From positions 1 to 64,000 of IMG/VR virus record IMGVR_UViG_3300035698_024877: a stretch of DNA of 64,000 bases; one strand, written 5' to 3'. Positions 29,868 through 41,161 of this stretch are shown here, in pieces. This DNA comes from a virus. The notes beneath the pieces are model-generated. The model did no database searches. It worked only from the letters and a program-made list of their open reading frames with translations, and was not told the DNA's origin. Positions within the stretch are counted from its first letter, which is position 1, and every line of letters begins with the position of its first letter. The translations under genes and the position numbers were made by a program.

Positions 29868-31705
29868 TACTCATATGCCTGAGCGTTGGTTAAGTGATGG
29901 TGTAAACCCTCCTAATATATGTGCCAAGAAGATTGCCGGGGAAATATGTCTTAACTTGTATAACAAATATGATCTTATTCCAGACAGAATTGCTCCCTCA
30001 ATAGAGGAAGGTATATTTATTTACTATAAGAATCCAGATAACTACCGAGCTCTAATAATTGAGGTTTATAATAACTTTGAGATAGCAGCGCTTGTTACCG
30101 ATGAATCGAGTAAGGGAAATTTCTATTCCGAAAATATTAAAAACCAAAGTTTTGAGACTATTATTAAAAAATTAAAGGAGAAGGACAATGGGATTAGATG
30201 AAGAAGTTTACAATAAAATTATGCAAATGAGTGAAAGAATAGAATACCTTTTTCTTAGGGAAAAGGAAGTAGATGAGTATAGCAAAACACGATTTGAAGA
30301 ATGCCCAGAATGTGGTCAATTAAGTTTTACCTTTTTTGGTAGCCATAAATGGCATAGTAATGATTGTAAGTACAAAAATAGTGACTTATCTTATACTCCA
30401 ATAAACCCAATGGAGGAATAATAAAATGTCTGAAAAAAGTGAAATAAGGAAGTTGCAAAAAAAAGTGCGTGACATTACAGGTCAAATGCGTATTATTCAT
30501 AACTATATCAATCGAAAAAGGCTACCATTTTCTGTAGCTAATGAGACGTCACAAGGAATACTTGAGTGCGCTTTTGCACGTGACGATGGAATAGTTTATT
30601 ATAGTGCTCTTCAAAAGTGTGCTATTAAGGCAACAAGAGATCATCATGGTGATATACATATAAGCATACACGAAACAACTACGCCAAAAATGAAATACAA
30701 AGAGATAGTGATTGAAGCTGAAGATGCTTGTGCATTGGGTGAGGAACTACGAAAAGTCTTTAACTTTTAATGTATAAATATAAGGAATAGTTATGGTTGG
30801 GAATGATAAACAAGAAAATAGAACTCTTTGGCCTGAAGAGGATCCCGGACTGGTAATTTTAAATACGTTTTTTAGACTACCATTGGATAGCTGGAAATTA
30901 TTTGATTTATATCATTTAGGATTTTTTGAGCATTTCTTTAAAGAATTAAGTATACCTAAACAGCAATTGTCATGGATGCTTGATCTTAATAATGAAGAGG
31001 AAATTAATTATGGATAGAGAAAAAGACAGAGAAGAAATTACCGATGAGATTAAAAGATTTGGTTTTGCTATTTTAAATAGAATGTTTGATATGCTTCTGT
31101 ATGAGGATAAGCAAGGATGGCAAGAATATCCTGAAGCGTTAGAAAAAGCAGAAAAAAATCTACACACCTGTATAACTAATGAAGCTATTTTGAAGTATTA
31201 TAATTATGACTTGAATGAAGAAGACGTTGCTGTTTTACAAGAAGAATTAGAAACTTCTTTAGTTGATGTAGCTGCTTATTGTATGATGAAATGGTCAGAA
31301 AGTTTTAAGAAACGTACTGCATGGGAAGAGGAAAATAAAGAAGTAAATAGATAATGAGTAAAATTCTTGAAATAGGAGATTAAAATGCGGTTGTAGAATA
31401 AAAGAAAATTATATAAATTGCCCCCATTGTGGAGCTGGGTACTAAGAAAATAAATGGTGAGGATCTGATGGATGACAAAGATAAAAGATTTATTAGTTGT
31501 GAAAAAGCAAAAAGATTATTTGGTATACGTAATGTTGAGTGTTGTTATAGTTGCCATAGAGACCAAGATGATTTAGATTGGACAGGTGTAGGGTATGCCA
31601 TGATTGAAATTTACACAGATAAATATGAAATTGTGGTTTGTTGTAGTGTAAGAAACGCATTAACAGAAAAGGTATTTCCAGAATTAAATATTGAGTGGAG
31701 CTAAA

Positions 31706-32070
31706 ATAATGATAATAATGACAAAAGAATCATAGGAGTTTAGTATTATGGGTGACATGGCTGATATGGCAAATGCTTGTTTTTGCCTGCATGAAATGGT
31801 AGATAATTATCATAACGTAGACGATGAGTATTCACATGAAGAAAATAGTTGGAGATATGAACCACATACTGAAGAGAATGTAAAAATAGTTTGTGTTACA
31901 AAAAGAGCTATATTGTATGAAGATATTCTTGGAGATAGGTATTGGGTTGCAAAGTCCGTACTTTTTGAATTTAGTAAGTGTGTGACTGGAGAGAGAATAA
32001 ATCTTATATTTCCCTATTGGGTAGTGCTTAGTAGGAGGGCAATTATATAATGATAATAATGACAAAAGAA
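31706..32070 (+). repeat. 24-nt direct repeat bracketing ORF 31748..32050
   Basis: ATAATGATAATAATGACAAAAGAA at 31706-31729 and 32047-32070. Confidence 0.85.
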
Positions 32071-32354
32071 GATCATATAGAGTTAGATAAGTTAGCATGG
32101 GTTCATACCGACTCACCCAATTTAACACTTCTTGAGGTAGTAAAAAATAGGAAATGTATATGTTTGGGCTGGTAAGTATGATAACGCAATAATGTGGTAT
32201 GGAAAGATTTTACATGATCTTTATGGAGCTCTTATAAAGTTAATATTATACAATATAGAGCAGATGGATATAATAGAGAAAATGAACGCACCATCTGTTC
32301 TTGATTGGGAAGAGTTAAAGGTGTTTTTTAGAAGACGATAACATTAGAAAATTT

Positions 32355-32396
32355 TAATAATTTTTTTGTTTACATTTTTATTATATATAATATAAT
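32355..32396 (+). promoter_or_regulatory. Sigma70-like promoter, second class (near-identical copy at 44491-44533)
   Basis: TAATAATTTTTTTG-TTTACA-16 nt-TATAAT; the second copy has TTTACA-16 nt-TAAAAT. Confidence 0.65.
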
Positions 32397-33497
32397 ATGT
32401 CTAAAGTAAGAGTGTGGAAAGTTATTAAATTAAAATAGGAGGTGTAAAATGAACATGGAATTTGTGGCTGGGATAATATTATTTATTATTGTATGTGGTT
32501 ACATTTTTAGTGTAATTACAGAGAAACGAGCAAAAAAGAAAAGGATAAAAGTATTTAAAAAAGCAAATGAGCAACTACAAAGATTAAAAGAAAGACTAAT
32601 ACCTTGAAGGAGGGGCAAATTAGTGATAAAAATGAGCTTACGCAAAATGACATGATGGATTTTTCAGAAACTGATAAGGCGATTTTTGAGTTTTTAGAAA
32701 GAAAACCTGTCTCTCTATATGCAGAGTATGGGGGCGACTGGACTCTCGTTTTTAAAACAGTTAGGAACGACACAGGGTCGTTAGAATATGGTGTCTACGT
32801 AACAAAGAACAATAAGGAAGGGGATGCTTTGTATGACGAGTTAATGGTTTTTGACAATCTCAAGGATGCGTGCGACAACTTTGAGAAAAGGAAATCTCAA
32901 AAAAGAAAAACACTTAAAAAAGCAAATGAGCACTTACAAAGATTAAAAGACGATTTGTTAGTGGGAGAAATAGCTGATATAATGATAAGAATGGAAAGAT
33001 TAGCTATGGAAAGATTAGCTACTGGAGTAAATGAAAATAAGGAGAAACAAAATGAAAATAGAGACAGTAGAAAAAGTAATTAAAGCAACGTACAAATGTG
33101 ATATATGTGGAGAAGTAGCTGATCATAAATGTAGTATGTGTAAGATAGATATATGTTATGATCATTACACCTATAGAGAATGCGACGATTATGGTGATGA
33201 CTATGGTGATGACTATGGTGATTATGCACCAACTATTTGTACTGATTGTAATAAAGTATATTTCGAGACCAACCCTAAATTTAAAGAAGTTATGGAAAAA
33301 CATTACGATTTATTGTTAATAGAGATAGATATACTAAAAAAGGAGAGACAAGTGGCTTTTGAAAGGATGTGGAAGGCGAGAACGTTAAAAAGTGAGTAAT
33401 AGTGGTAAAGTAAATAAAGAGTGTTTATAACCTTGTTTTTAATTATAAAGAAATAGGTTTAATTACTTTAGATTTTAGGAGGTTTTTAAAATAAAAA

Positions 33498-34319
33498 ATG
33501 GCGAGAAAGAAAATATTTGAATCAGATGTTCATAAAAAAGCTTACTTTGAATATAGAAAGTATCAAAAGGTATTTTCTAAAACAAAGAAGAATAACAAAG
33601 ATTTCCCTAGTGTAACTACACTTATTCTTTGGTCAGGAGACAAATTTCAATGTAGCTGTCCTTGGCATAATTACAAAAGGCTTGATAATTTACTTCAAAA
33701 AACACAAAAAGATATCGAAAACTATGTGACTTTAACTCCTGTTGGTAGAAAGAAAATATTTAAGCAAATAACAGGAGCATCTACTATTCTTGATGATGTA
33801 GACCCCATAGAACTTGCAGTTCTTGGTAATTTAGATCATGAAGTTGAACTTGATCATATTATAGAACCAGAACAAAGAAAATTAAAAAAGAAACGAAAGA
33901 AACTTGATAAAACTTATTTTACTCAATTAGTAGTTAATGATACACAGAAATTAGCAGATTGGCATGCTATTAGAACTTATGTTTTGTCTCATATTTTTAA
34001 TGCTAAATTTCCAGAGATAGAAAAGTATTTAGTAGCTAAAGAAAATAAATGGAGTACTAATTTGAACTTTAACTCTTTGGGCGATGCGATTAAAGCATTA
34101 GCTGAGGTAGATAAACAAATCAGCCTGCTTACTGGAGAACACCCCACAGAAATTACTGATGTAAGGGGTGATGCTATATTTGATTATGACGCAAGTAAAG
34201 CATATCTTGAATCCATAAGGGCTGCTGGGGAGCAAATAAATCAAGAAGCATTGACAGAGAAAATAGTTACAATGATACAATATAAGAAGGATAAAGAGAA
34301 TAAAGAGGAGAAGGAATGA
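33498..34319 (+). CDS. Hypothetical protein, possibly an HTH or small-terminase-like DNA-binding protein
   Basis: 273 aa, strong GGAGG RBS, basic N-terminus, helical C-terminus; function not recognisable with certainty. Confidence 0.4.
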   Translation: MARKKIFESDVHKKAYFEYRKYQKVFSKTKKNNKDFPSVTTLILWSGDKFQCSCPWHNYKRLDNLLQKTQKDIENYVTLTPVGRKKIFKQITGASTILDDVDPIELAVLGNLDHEVELDHIIEPEQRKLKKKRKKLDKTYFTQLVVNDTQKLADWHAIRTYVLSHIFNAKFPEIEKYLVAKENKWSTNLNFNSLGDAIKALAEVDKQISLLTGEHPTEITDVRGDAIFDYDASKAYLESIRAAGEQINQEALTEKIVTMIQYKKDKENKEEKE

Positions 34320-34681
34320 TAAAAGATAATATGAATCAGATATATAGAAAATGGCCAGAACAAAGAAAAGATGTAATAGATGAAAAAAGTAAGGACTTTA
34401 TAGATGAATCTCTATCTAAATTAGTAAAGGAATGTCATGCTCAAGCTATGGCAATAAGGTGGGTTAAACAACGATTAGCATTAAATAAAAAAGATCAACC
34501 CCTTTATTATCTTCTTGGTATGGCGAATATAGGCTTACACTATAAAGGAATACCATCTATTTCTAAAGAGGATGTTTTTAGAAAAGAAGATAGTGAAATA
34601 TAAAAGGATAAAGAGGGGGAGTAGTTATATTTTTAATTTAATTTTTAAACATATTTGTATGCTAGAGTACTGGTTAAAGGG

Positions 34682-34730
34682 GTGTGTGTGCCCTCTCAGT
34701 GCCTCTCAGTGCCTCTCAGTGTACACACAC
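34682..34730. repeat. Three 10-nt tandem repeats inside an inverted repeat
   Basis: GTGTGTGTG-(C/G)CCTCTCAGT x3-GTACACACAC. Confidence 0.75.
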
Positions 34731-35154
34731 AAGAAGCTTGTTAAGGAGATGTATAATTACCTTTATAAATTAAGTGTAATCCTTTATAGATTAAATGAGG
34801 AAAGAAGAGAATGATGATAATAAGAACAGAAAATGATCCCCCCAGGTAATTCTGGAAATAGAGCAAAACCAAGACGAACAGTTGAACGAAATTGTTTAAG
34901 CTGTATAAGTTGGGTTTTAAAAATTACAAAACCGAAATATGGATTATGTGGTAATTGTTATAAATATGGAAAGCATCGTTTTACTACTGGTTTTTATCGT
35001 TGTGATAATTTTAAAGTAAGTCCTTTAGCTATACAATTACTTCAAAAAGCATATTATGATACAACTAATTTACTTCCTGAATAAGGAAGAACGACATTAA
35101 AAGAATAAGAAGATTAATTGAAAACTTTTAACTTTATAAAAAGGAGAAATAGCT

Positions 35155-35799
35155 ATGGTTATGCTAGGTAGCTGGTGCCCACAAGAGTATATAATATTAA
35201 GTGAGGAAGAAGAGAAGATAGCAAAAAAGCTTGGCTTTGAGCATGAGCAGTCAATGTCTCCTCCTTTTAAAGATGATCCTTGGTGGTTCTATAATATTTA
35301 TGATGAAGAAAGTAGTATTATAGAACCACCTTCTTATCACTCTATTGAAGTTAGAAAGCGCATAAGAGAAGCTAAATTAATAGCTGAGAGATTAAAAGAT
35401 TCCAGTTGCGAGATTTTGAGAAATGATTCAGATAAATTAAAGCTTGTAGCAAAAGCATTAGGATTTGAAGGCATTAGAAATTGCTATGTTTTGAAAGGGC
35501 AATCATTTTGGGTCCAAAAAGATAAGTTTAAAGATTATCTTCTTACTAATGAAGGTGAAACGGCTATGAGAGATTGGTTTTTAAAACAAGGATTTAATGC
35601 TTTTGGTGCATCTTTTATAATTCATGAAGAGTTATGGGTATATAATTTCAATATGCATAAAGCAAATGCAATAATAGAAAAATATATCGCGGGTGTTGGT
35701 ACAACTTTTGCAAAAGCTTTACTTGATTGCTTTATTAAATTTTTGGAAGAAGGTGCACGTACTCCTTTATTACCGTTTGGTTTGAAAAATAATAATTAA
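35155..35799 (+). CDS. Paralog family A member (phage ABA-sandwich-like)
   Basis: LKLVAKALG...DYLLTNEGE...GTTFAKALLD..IKFLE shared with ORFs 38524, 39301, 52887, 53330. Confidence 0.6.
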   Translation: MVMLGSWCPQEYIILSEEEEKIAKKLGFEHEQSMSPPFKDDPWWFYNIYDEESSIIEPPSYHSIEVRKRIREAKLIAERLKDSSCEILRNDSDKLKLVAKALGFEGIRNCYVLKGQSFWVQKDKFKDYLLTNEGETAMRDWFLKQGFNAFGASFIIHEELWVYNFNMHKANAIIEKYIAGVGTTFAKALLDCFIKFLEEGARTPLLPFGLKNNN

Positions 35800-36090
35800 T
35801 TATTTCATAAAACTATTTTTAAAATATAATAAAGTATAGAGTAATATACTTTATTGAGGTGAATAAAATGAATAAGATTAGAACGTGGTGGTGGCGATTT
35901 GAGGTAAAAAAATACTTTAGTTGGGGATGGTGGGCACAAGAAATAGCATGGGTTTTGCCAGAGCTGATACTATATGAGGTGATGGTAAGAGTGTCGTCAA
36001 TGGCTATGGACGATGGATATTTTAATGTTACCTATGAAGAGCTGTTGCGTGGATTGAGAAAACATTTTGACAAATAAAATAGAGTAGAAA

Positions 36091-36176
36091 GTGAGACCTA
36101 AATAGTTTATATGGTAAAATGCCCGTGTCGAAAAATGAGGGAGTTGTTGGTTCGAACCCAACTTTAGGTCTCACCA
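36091..36176 (+). tRNA. tRNA-like RNA with 10-12 bp acceptor stem, aberrant anticodon arm and encoded CCA
   Basis: T8A9, D arm GTTT-ATATGGTA-AAAT, T arm GTTGG-TTCGAAC-CCAAC, stem GTGAGACCTAAA/TTTAGGTCTCAC, 3' ACCA. Confidence 0.7.
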
Positions 36177-36853
36177 TTGATTTAATTAGAGGTATTAAAT
36201 GAAATATCAAACTTATTGGGAATTCATAGAAAGACCAAAGAGAAAAGCAGCTTTTTTTTTCAGGAAAATGTTGGGCATAGAATTCTCTAATGCAAAGTCA
36301 ATTCAAAAGTTTGTTGATAAGCATAGGGGAGAATTATTGTGGCAAACACCGACTACGATTGTAAAATTGTTAGGTTGGACAGATCAGCACGAAGATGATT
36401 ATTACTGGGTTGTGGCATCTCTCAATGAGGTTTATTTGTCATCATGCGTTGGTAGTTTTTATCCATTAAAAAAAATGGGTTGGCCTTATAAGTTAGCCGA
36501 ACAACAATTTGATATGAGTGTGCTCCAAGAGTGGATAGATAAAACAGTAAAAAAAATGGGGGTAATTATAAAATGAAGGCTGATATTAAAGAAATTAAAA
36601 TTAATTATTTAGAAGGGATGTAGTTATGGATAAATATGAATATGAACCATTAAGAAAGTATTATAAAAAAATCCCCCTTACAGAAGAAGAAATGGATACT
36701 GTAAATGATTACTATCATATTTGTAGAGATAATCTTGGAGTAGAACTTAGAACTTACCGTTATTTAAATCATACTGATATGTGGACAAGAATTTGCAAGA
36801 CTATACATAATTATTTTTCCTACTTAGGCTATCTTTATGGTTCTTGGGAAACT

Positions 36854-37289
36854 AAATAAAAGGAATTAAAAATGAAAAAGTCTGTTGAGAAATCCATGGA
36901 AAGATTTGAAGAAATGAGTAGAGAGGCTAAAAGGTGGGATAAGTATAAGACGTGGGCTTTGTTTGGAATTATGATAGCGATAATTTTGGGGGTCTTGGTC
37001 TTAGCTTTATTTGTTTTATCACCATCAGTCGCAAAAGCTGAAGAGTGCGTATGTAAATTGTATGAATATCAACAAGTATATTATTATTCTCCGGCGTATC
37101 ATAGAAATGGTGAAAGGAAAAACATGGATGAAAGTATAAATGAAGTGGTAAGAACTGGTTGGAAAGTACACACAATATTTATCTTTAGCGATAGACGAGT
37201 AGGAGGGAGTCATCCAAGTGTATGTGGTTTTGTTATGTATCGAAAATGCATTAAATGGCATTGCAAATAAAAGGAATTAAAAATGAAAA
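36854..37289 (+). repeat. 25-nt direct repeat (stop+RBS+start) bracketing ORF 36872..37270
   Basis: AAATAAAAGGAATTAAAAATGAAAA at 36854-36878 and 37265-37289. Confidence 0.85.
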
Positions 37290-37448
37290 CTACAGAAGAA
37301 ATAATTTCAGCTATGGAAAATAGTATTGCATGGTATTACAAGGAGGCTTTTAAGCCCGAAAATATGACTGAAATTGATTTTCTAAACTTGTCATGCGTTC
37401 ACCCTGAATATCGTGGCAGGATTCTTGAATTAGAAGAGTTTTTAGAAT

Positions 37449-38079
37449 GGATAAAAGAATGAATAATGAACATATATTTGATGATTTGAGTGAAATGAAG
37501 AGTGCCTTAAAAGAAAAGAATATAAATAACATTTAAAAGGAAATTTGACAAAGATGATAGACTATTTTCTTGAGAAAAGAGAAAGGCGAGAGATGGTGGT
37601 TAAGGACTTAGTAGAACAGGGGATAAGCAAGGCGCTACAACAAATTACTACGCTGAATGGAAATGGGTCAACTATCATTATACAAAAATTAGTAGTCAAT
37701 TTAGGGTATGCAGATTCTACTGGGGGGAGTTCAGTTATAGTTGGCGAAAATACAGTAGAGCATGGTGGGGTTGTTACTGATTGTCAAAATTATGGGGATA
37801 AATAAAATGGAAAAAGCAAACATTGAGGGATTTCTTAAAAACTACGAAAGCGTAATAACCGCACTAAATGGGTCGAAAGCAAACGGTGATTTAGAAGCTG
37901 TGGCATTGGCTGGAGCTTGTATTTATACAATTGCACAAATGAACTATCAAGCCTCCGATGAATTTATCGATGGGGTTAGAAAAATGGTCAAGGAGATGTT
38001 AGGAGACGAGCTTGGCCACCTTAAAGGAATAGTTGATTTAATGCTTTTAAAAATGTAAATAGGATAAAAGAATGAATAA
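37449..38079 (+). repeat. 18-nt direct repeat bracketing ORFs 37545-38058
   Basis: GGATAAAAGAATGAATAA at 37449-37466 and 38062-38079. Confidence 0.7.
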
Positions 38080-38523
38080 AAGATTAACGTTATTGATAAT
38101 TGTTTTGGGGTTCGTATTGTATAGCTGGGGGTTTTTCTTGGGGGAGTAATTGCTGGATGCCTTTACGTCTATATTGCTTTGACATTATTACAAATAGTAA
38201 CATGTGGTTAAAATGAAAAAATCTTCTTGTGAAACTTGTATACATGCTTATAACGTTGAAGGAAAAGCACATTCCAAGTTTTGTAGAATACAAGGGAAAA
38301 CTTATTGGTCAAGTACGGAAAGAACTACGTGCTATAAATATGAAGCGCAAAGTATCCCTATTTACCAAAAAACAGCAGAAGAAATAGTTAAAAAAATAGA
38401 GGAGTGCATTACACTTCTTGAGCATAAAAAATTAGAGGATGGTAATAGTCTTTTAATAGCTGAACCTTTGAAATGGTTTAATGATTTATTAGAATGGGTA
38501 AAAATAAATGAAGAGGTAAACTA

Positions 38524-38946
38524 ATGGAAGCTACTAAAATAGAAATTGATAAGTTGACTAAATGGCTGAATATTGATTATTGGGGTAATTATTATTATAT
38601 CCCTATAGGTGGATTTAAAGCTGATGGAGTTAAAAAATGGCTACATACAAGAGAGGGATCCATGCATATATTAGAAGCTTTTTGGAGAGATAATGTGGAT
38701 TTTATTTCCATTATCAGAACTGGGTGGGTAGGGAAACCAGAAAAAGAGCTTATTCATGTAGGAGTTGATGTCTTATATGGATCAAGTAGAACATCTACTT
38801 TTGTTAAAAAAATGAGAGATGTATGGCAGGCATTAGGTGGAGGGCAATGGAATTGGCTACCAGTGGCGCAAGCAGAGGCAAAAACACTTTCAAGTGCTAT
38901 ATATAAAGCAGCTATAAATTATTTAGAAGAGGGAGATGAGATATAA
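38524..38946 (+). CDS. Paralog family A member
   Basis: KWLHTREGS...AKTLSSAIYKAAINYLE. Confidence 0.55.
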   Translation: MEATKIEIDKLTKWLNIDYWGNYYYIPIGGFKADGVKKWLHTREGSMHILEAFWRDNVDFISIIRTGWVGKPEKELIHVGVDVLYGSSRTSTFVKKMRDVWQALGGGQWNWLPVAQAEAKTLSSAIYKAAINYLEEGDEI

Positions 38947-39272
38947 TGAGTAGCTTACCACCAGTACGATGCGGAAATTGTTTTTATTGGAGACGGAGGC
39001 ATGGGTACCTAACCTGTGGTGGCATAGACAATGTTGGCATTTGTTTTTACCCTGCTTATACTTGTAAGTTATATCGAGGGAGCACTAATAAAGATGTAAA
39101 GTGGTTTTGGTTTTCTGAGTTAGGGCATTATGATACAGGCTGTGATCATTTCTTATTTGAGCCTTGGGTATTAGGTAGGTGGGGTTGGATAACTAAATTT
39201 AGAGCATGGTTTGCCTGGCAATTAAATGGGAAATAAAGATTGCTTATAAGAGGGAGATGAGATATAATGAGT
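38927..39272 (+). repeat. 25-nt direct repeat bracketing ORF 38946..39236
   Basis: AAGAGGGAGATGAGATATAATGAGT at 38927-38951 and 39248-39272. Confidence 0.88.
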
Positions 39273-39300
39273 TTTGTAGAATTACGAAAAGAGGTAATCA

Positions 39301-39657
39301 ATGGTTAAACCTACAGAGAAGCAATTAAAGGCAGTGGCTAAGGCGTTGGATGTAAAAATAAGAGAACCCCTTCCCTACATTTATCTTCCAAAAAGAAACC
39401 AATTTTGGAAGAAGAAAAAGGAGTTTTCGGATTGGCTTCTATCCCCCGAAGGTGAGCGAGAGATAAAGGATTATTTGGTAGGTGATCGCCACGGCCTTCT
39501 CTCGGTTTATTATAATAAGGCGTTTTACGCTGATTGGGGAGTAAAAATAAAGATTCACGAGATTCCTACTTTAATTGAAATAACAGGTAGTGGCACGACA
39601 ATGCAAGAGGCTCTATTAGATGCCATGATCAAACATTTGGAGACAACCAATGGCTGA
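39301..39657 (+). CDS. Paralog family A member
   Basis: TEKQLKAVAKAL...WLLSPEGE...GTTMQEALLDAMIKHLE. Confidence 0.6.
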   Translation: MVKPTEKQLKAVAKALDVKIREPLPYIYLPKRNQFWKKKKEFSDWLLSPEGEREIKDYLVGDRHGLLSVYYNKAFYADWGVKIKIHEIPTLIEITGSGTTMQEALLDAMIKHLETTNG

Positions 39658-40000
39658 CAAAGAAGTGATAGATGCTATTATTGAGAAGTTTGAGAAGGCG
39701 GATTGTAGGGAGAAGTTTAATGGCAACCTTAATGCTTGGCCCCCATGTTTAGAAATGGGACACAAGATTGATGATAGCTACTCTGTTGCTTTGGAGATAT
39801 GCACAAGGTGTGTAGGTAGATTTAGCACCTTATTGGGAATAAAAAATATTAAAGAGAATTGGAACACTAATTATTGCCTTGACATTAAGGCCGGAGGTCT
39901 TGCCTTTAGAGAGGCGTTAATAAGCGATGACGATAACAAATGGGTAATATTCAGAAAAGCCTATCTCAAAAAACTCAAAGCTAAAAGAGCGAAGATGTAA
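39650..40000 (+). CDS. Cys-containing hypothetical protein, paralog of 52352..52708
   Basis: Shared V.DA.I...E.A, P.C, CT.CV, CL.IK, W.IFR.AYLK.LKAKRA. Confidence 0.6.
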   Translation: MADKEVIDAIIEKFEKADCREKFNGNLNAWPPCLEMGHKIDDSYSVALEICTRCVGRFSTLLGIKNIKENWNTNYCLDIKAGGLAFREALISDDDNKWVIFRKAYLKKLKAKRAKM

Positions 40001-40515
40001 TGCCAGATTTAAGAGAAAAGGACATCCAAAGTTTTATCATGATGTGGAAACGCGGCCGTGGTTTAATCGTCCCTAATATTTATTTAAAATATGGAGAGGC
40101 TGACATTCTTTTTGTAACCAACGCTGGAATTGCCACAGAGTTTGAGATTAAAACATCCTTAAGAGATTTCAAGAATGATAAAAAGAAAACAGTAAAACAT
40201 GGGATGTATGAACACGCATTTGAGAAAAAGGCAGTAAAGCCAGAAGAGCTAATCCCTAATTATTTTGTCTATGTTTTCCCGTCTGATGTTGAAATTCCCA
40301 AAGAAGATATGCCTAAATATTCAGGTGCTTTTAAGGTTACAGATAAGGCTGGGTTGGGTTATTATAATTTCTTTTCCTTTAAAAAAAGCGTTCATATTCA
40401 TAAAACAAAATGTAATTGGGATAAGCTTATCGCCAGAAGTTGTGCTTTTAGAATGGCGGAAATACACCTAAAAAACTTTTATAAGACAAAAGAGGTGGGT
40501 ATGTGTAATGCATGA
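40000..40515 (+). CDS. PD-(D/E)XK nuclease (MmcB-like)
   Basis: EADIL...EFEIKTSLRDFKNDKKK, PNYFVYVFP. Confidence 0.7.
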   Translation: MPDLREKDIQSFIMMWKRGRGLIVPNIYLKYGEADILFVTNAGIATEFEIKTSLRDFKNDKKKTVKHGMYEHAFEKKAVKPEELIPNYFVYVFPSDVEIPKEDMPKYSGAFKVTDKAGLGYYNFFSFKKSVHIHKTKCNWDKLIARSCAFRMAEIHLKNFYKTKEVGMCNA

Positions 40516-40735
40516 AGATAAATTTAAAGAAACTCATTTTTTTGTAAATGAGGGATACGCTGAAATCTGTAGGTATTGTGATCACCTTGACACGTCTGAC
40601 GGAGTTTGCGTCCATCCTGACTTAGGTGAGGGCTGTTGTATGGGGATAGAAGAAGGCTTTGGAACTTGTGATGCATTTGATAGTAATGTTAAACGGGCAA
40701 TAAAAGAAAATACAAAAAAATTGGGATGGAAATAA

Positions 40736-41161
40736 ATGAAAATAACAAAAGAGATAATTGAGGAGGCCGAGAAGATACAACACTTGATTGAGATTGAGGA
40801 CGGAGAATATCCACCCATTGGCATGCTTTTGTACAATAAACTCACTGGAGCATTGGGGGCTGCTGGGGCTTTAGGCACAGTAGAGTTTAATGACGGAACG
40901 ATGTTATACGGATTTGAAACTATTTCGGGGGTTAGACTACTTGGAGAATATCTTCGCATTCCCACCCTTGAATGGCTTTTAGGTGAAGTTCGGGGGTTGA
41001 CTGAAGAATATTGTCTGCAAATAAACAAGGAGAATGCCGGGTGTTATGGACAGGTAAATGGCAACACCTTGGATAACCCCGATTTTGAGGAATGGGATTA
41101 CATCCCGTGGATTGCCACCGCCAAGGCTTTAATAGAAATGAGGAGGGAAAAAAATGTATAA
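40736..41161 (+). CDS. Hypothetical protein, paralog of 44774..45181
   Basis: Shared MKIT..I, PTL(E/D)WLL.E, AK.L.EMRREKN; identical 24-nt 3' end and RBS. Confidence 0.6.
   Translation: MKITKEIIEEAEKIQHLIEIEDGEYPPIGMLLYNKLTGALGAAGALGTVEFNDGTMLYGFETISGVRLLGEYLRIPTLEWLLGEVRGLTEEYCLQINKENAGCYGQVNGNTLDNPDFEEWDYIPWIATAKALIEMRREKNV

Noticed and set aside
36091-36176. Assigning an amino-acid identity (Ser-CGA, Arg-TCG or Phe-GAA) to the tRNA-like element
   Set aside because: The anticodon arm cannot be folded into a unique 5-bp stem with a 7-nt loop.
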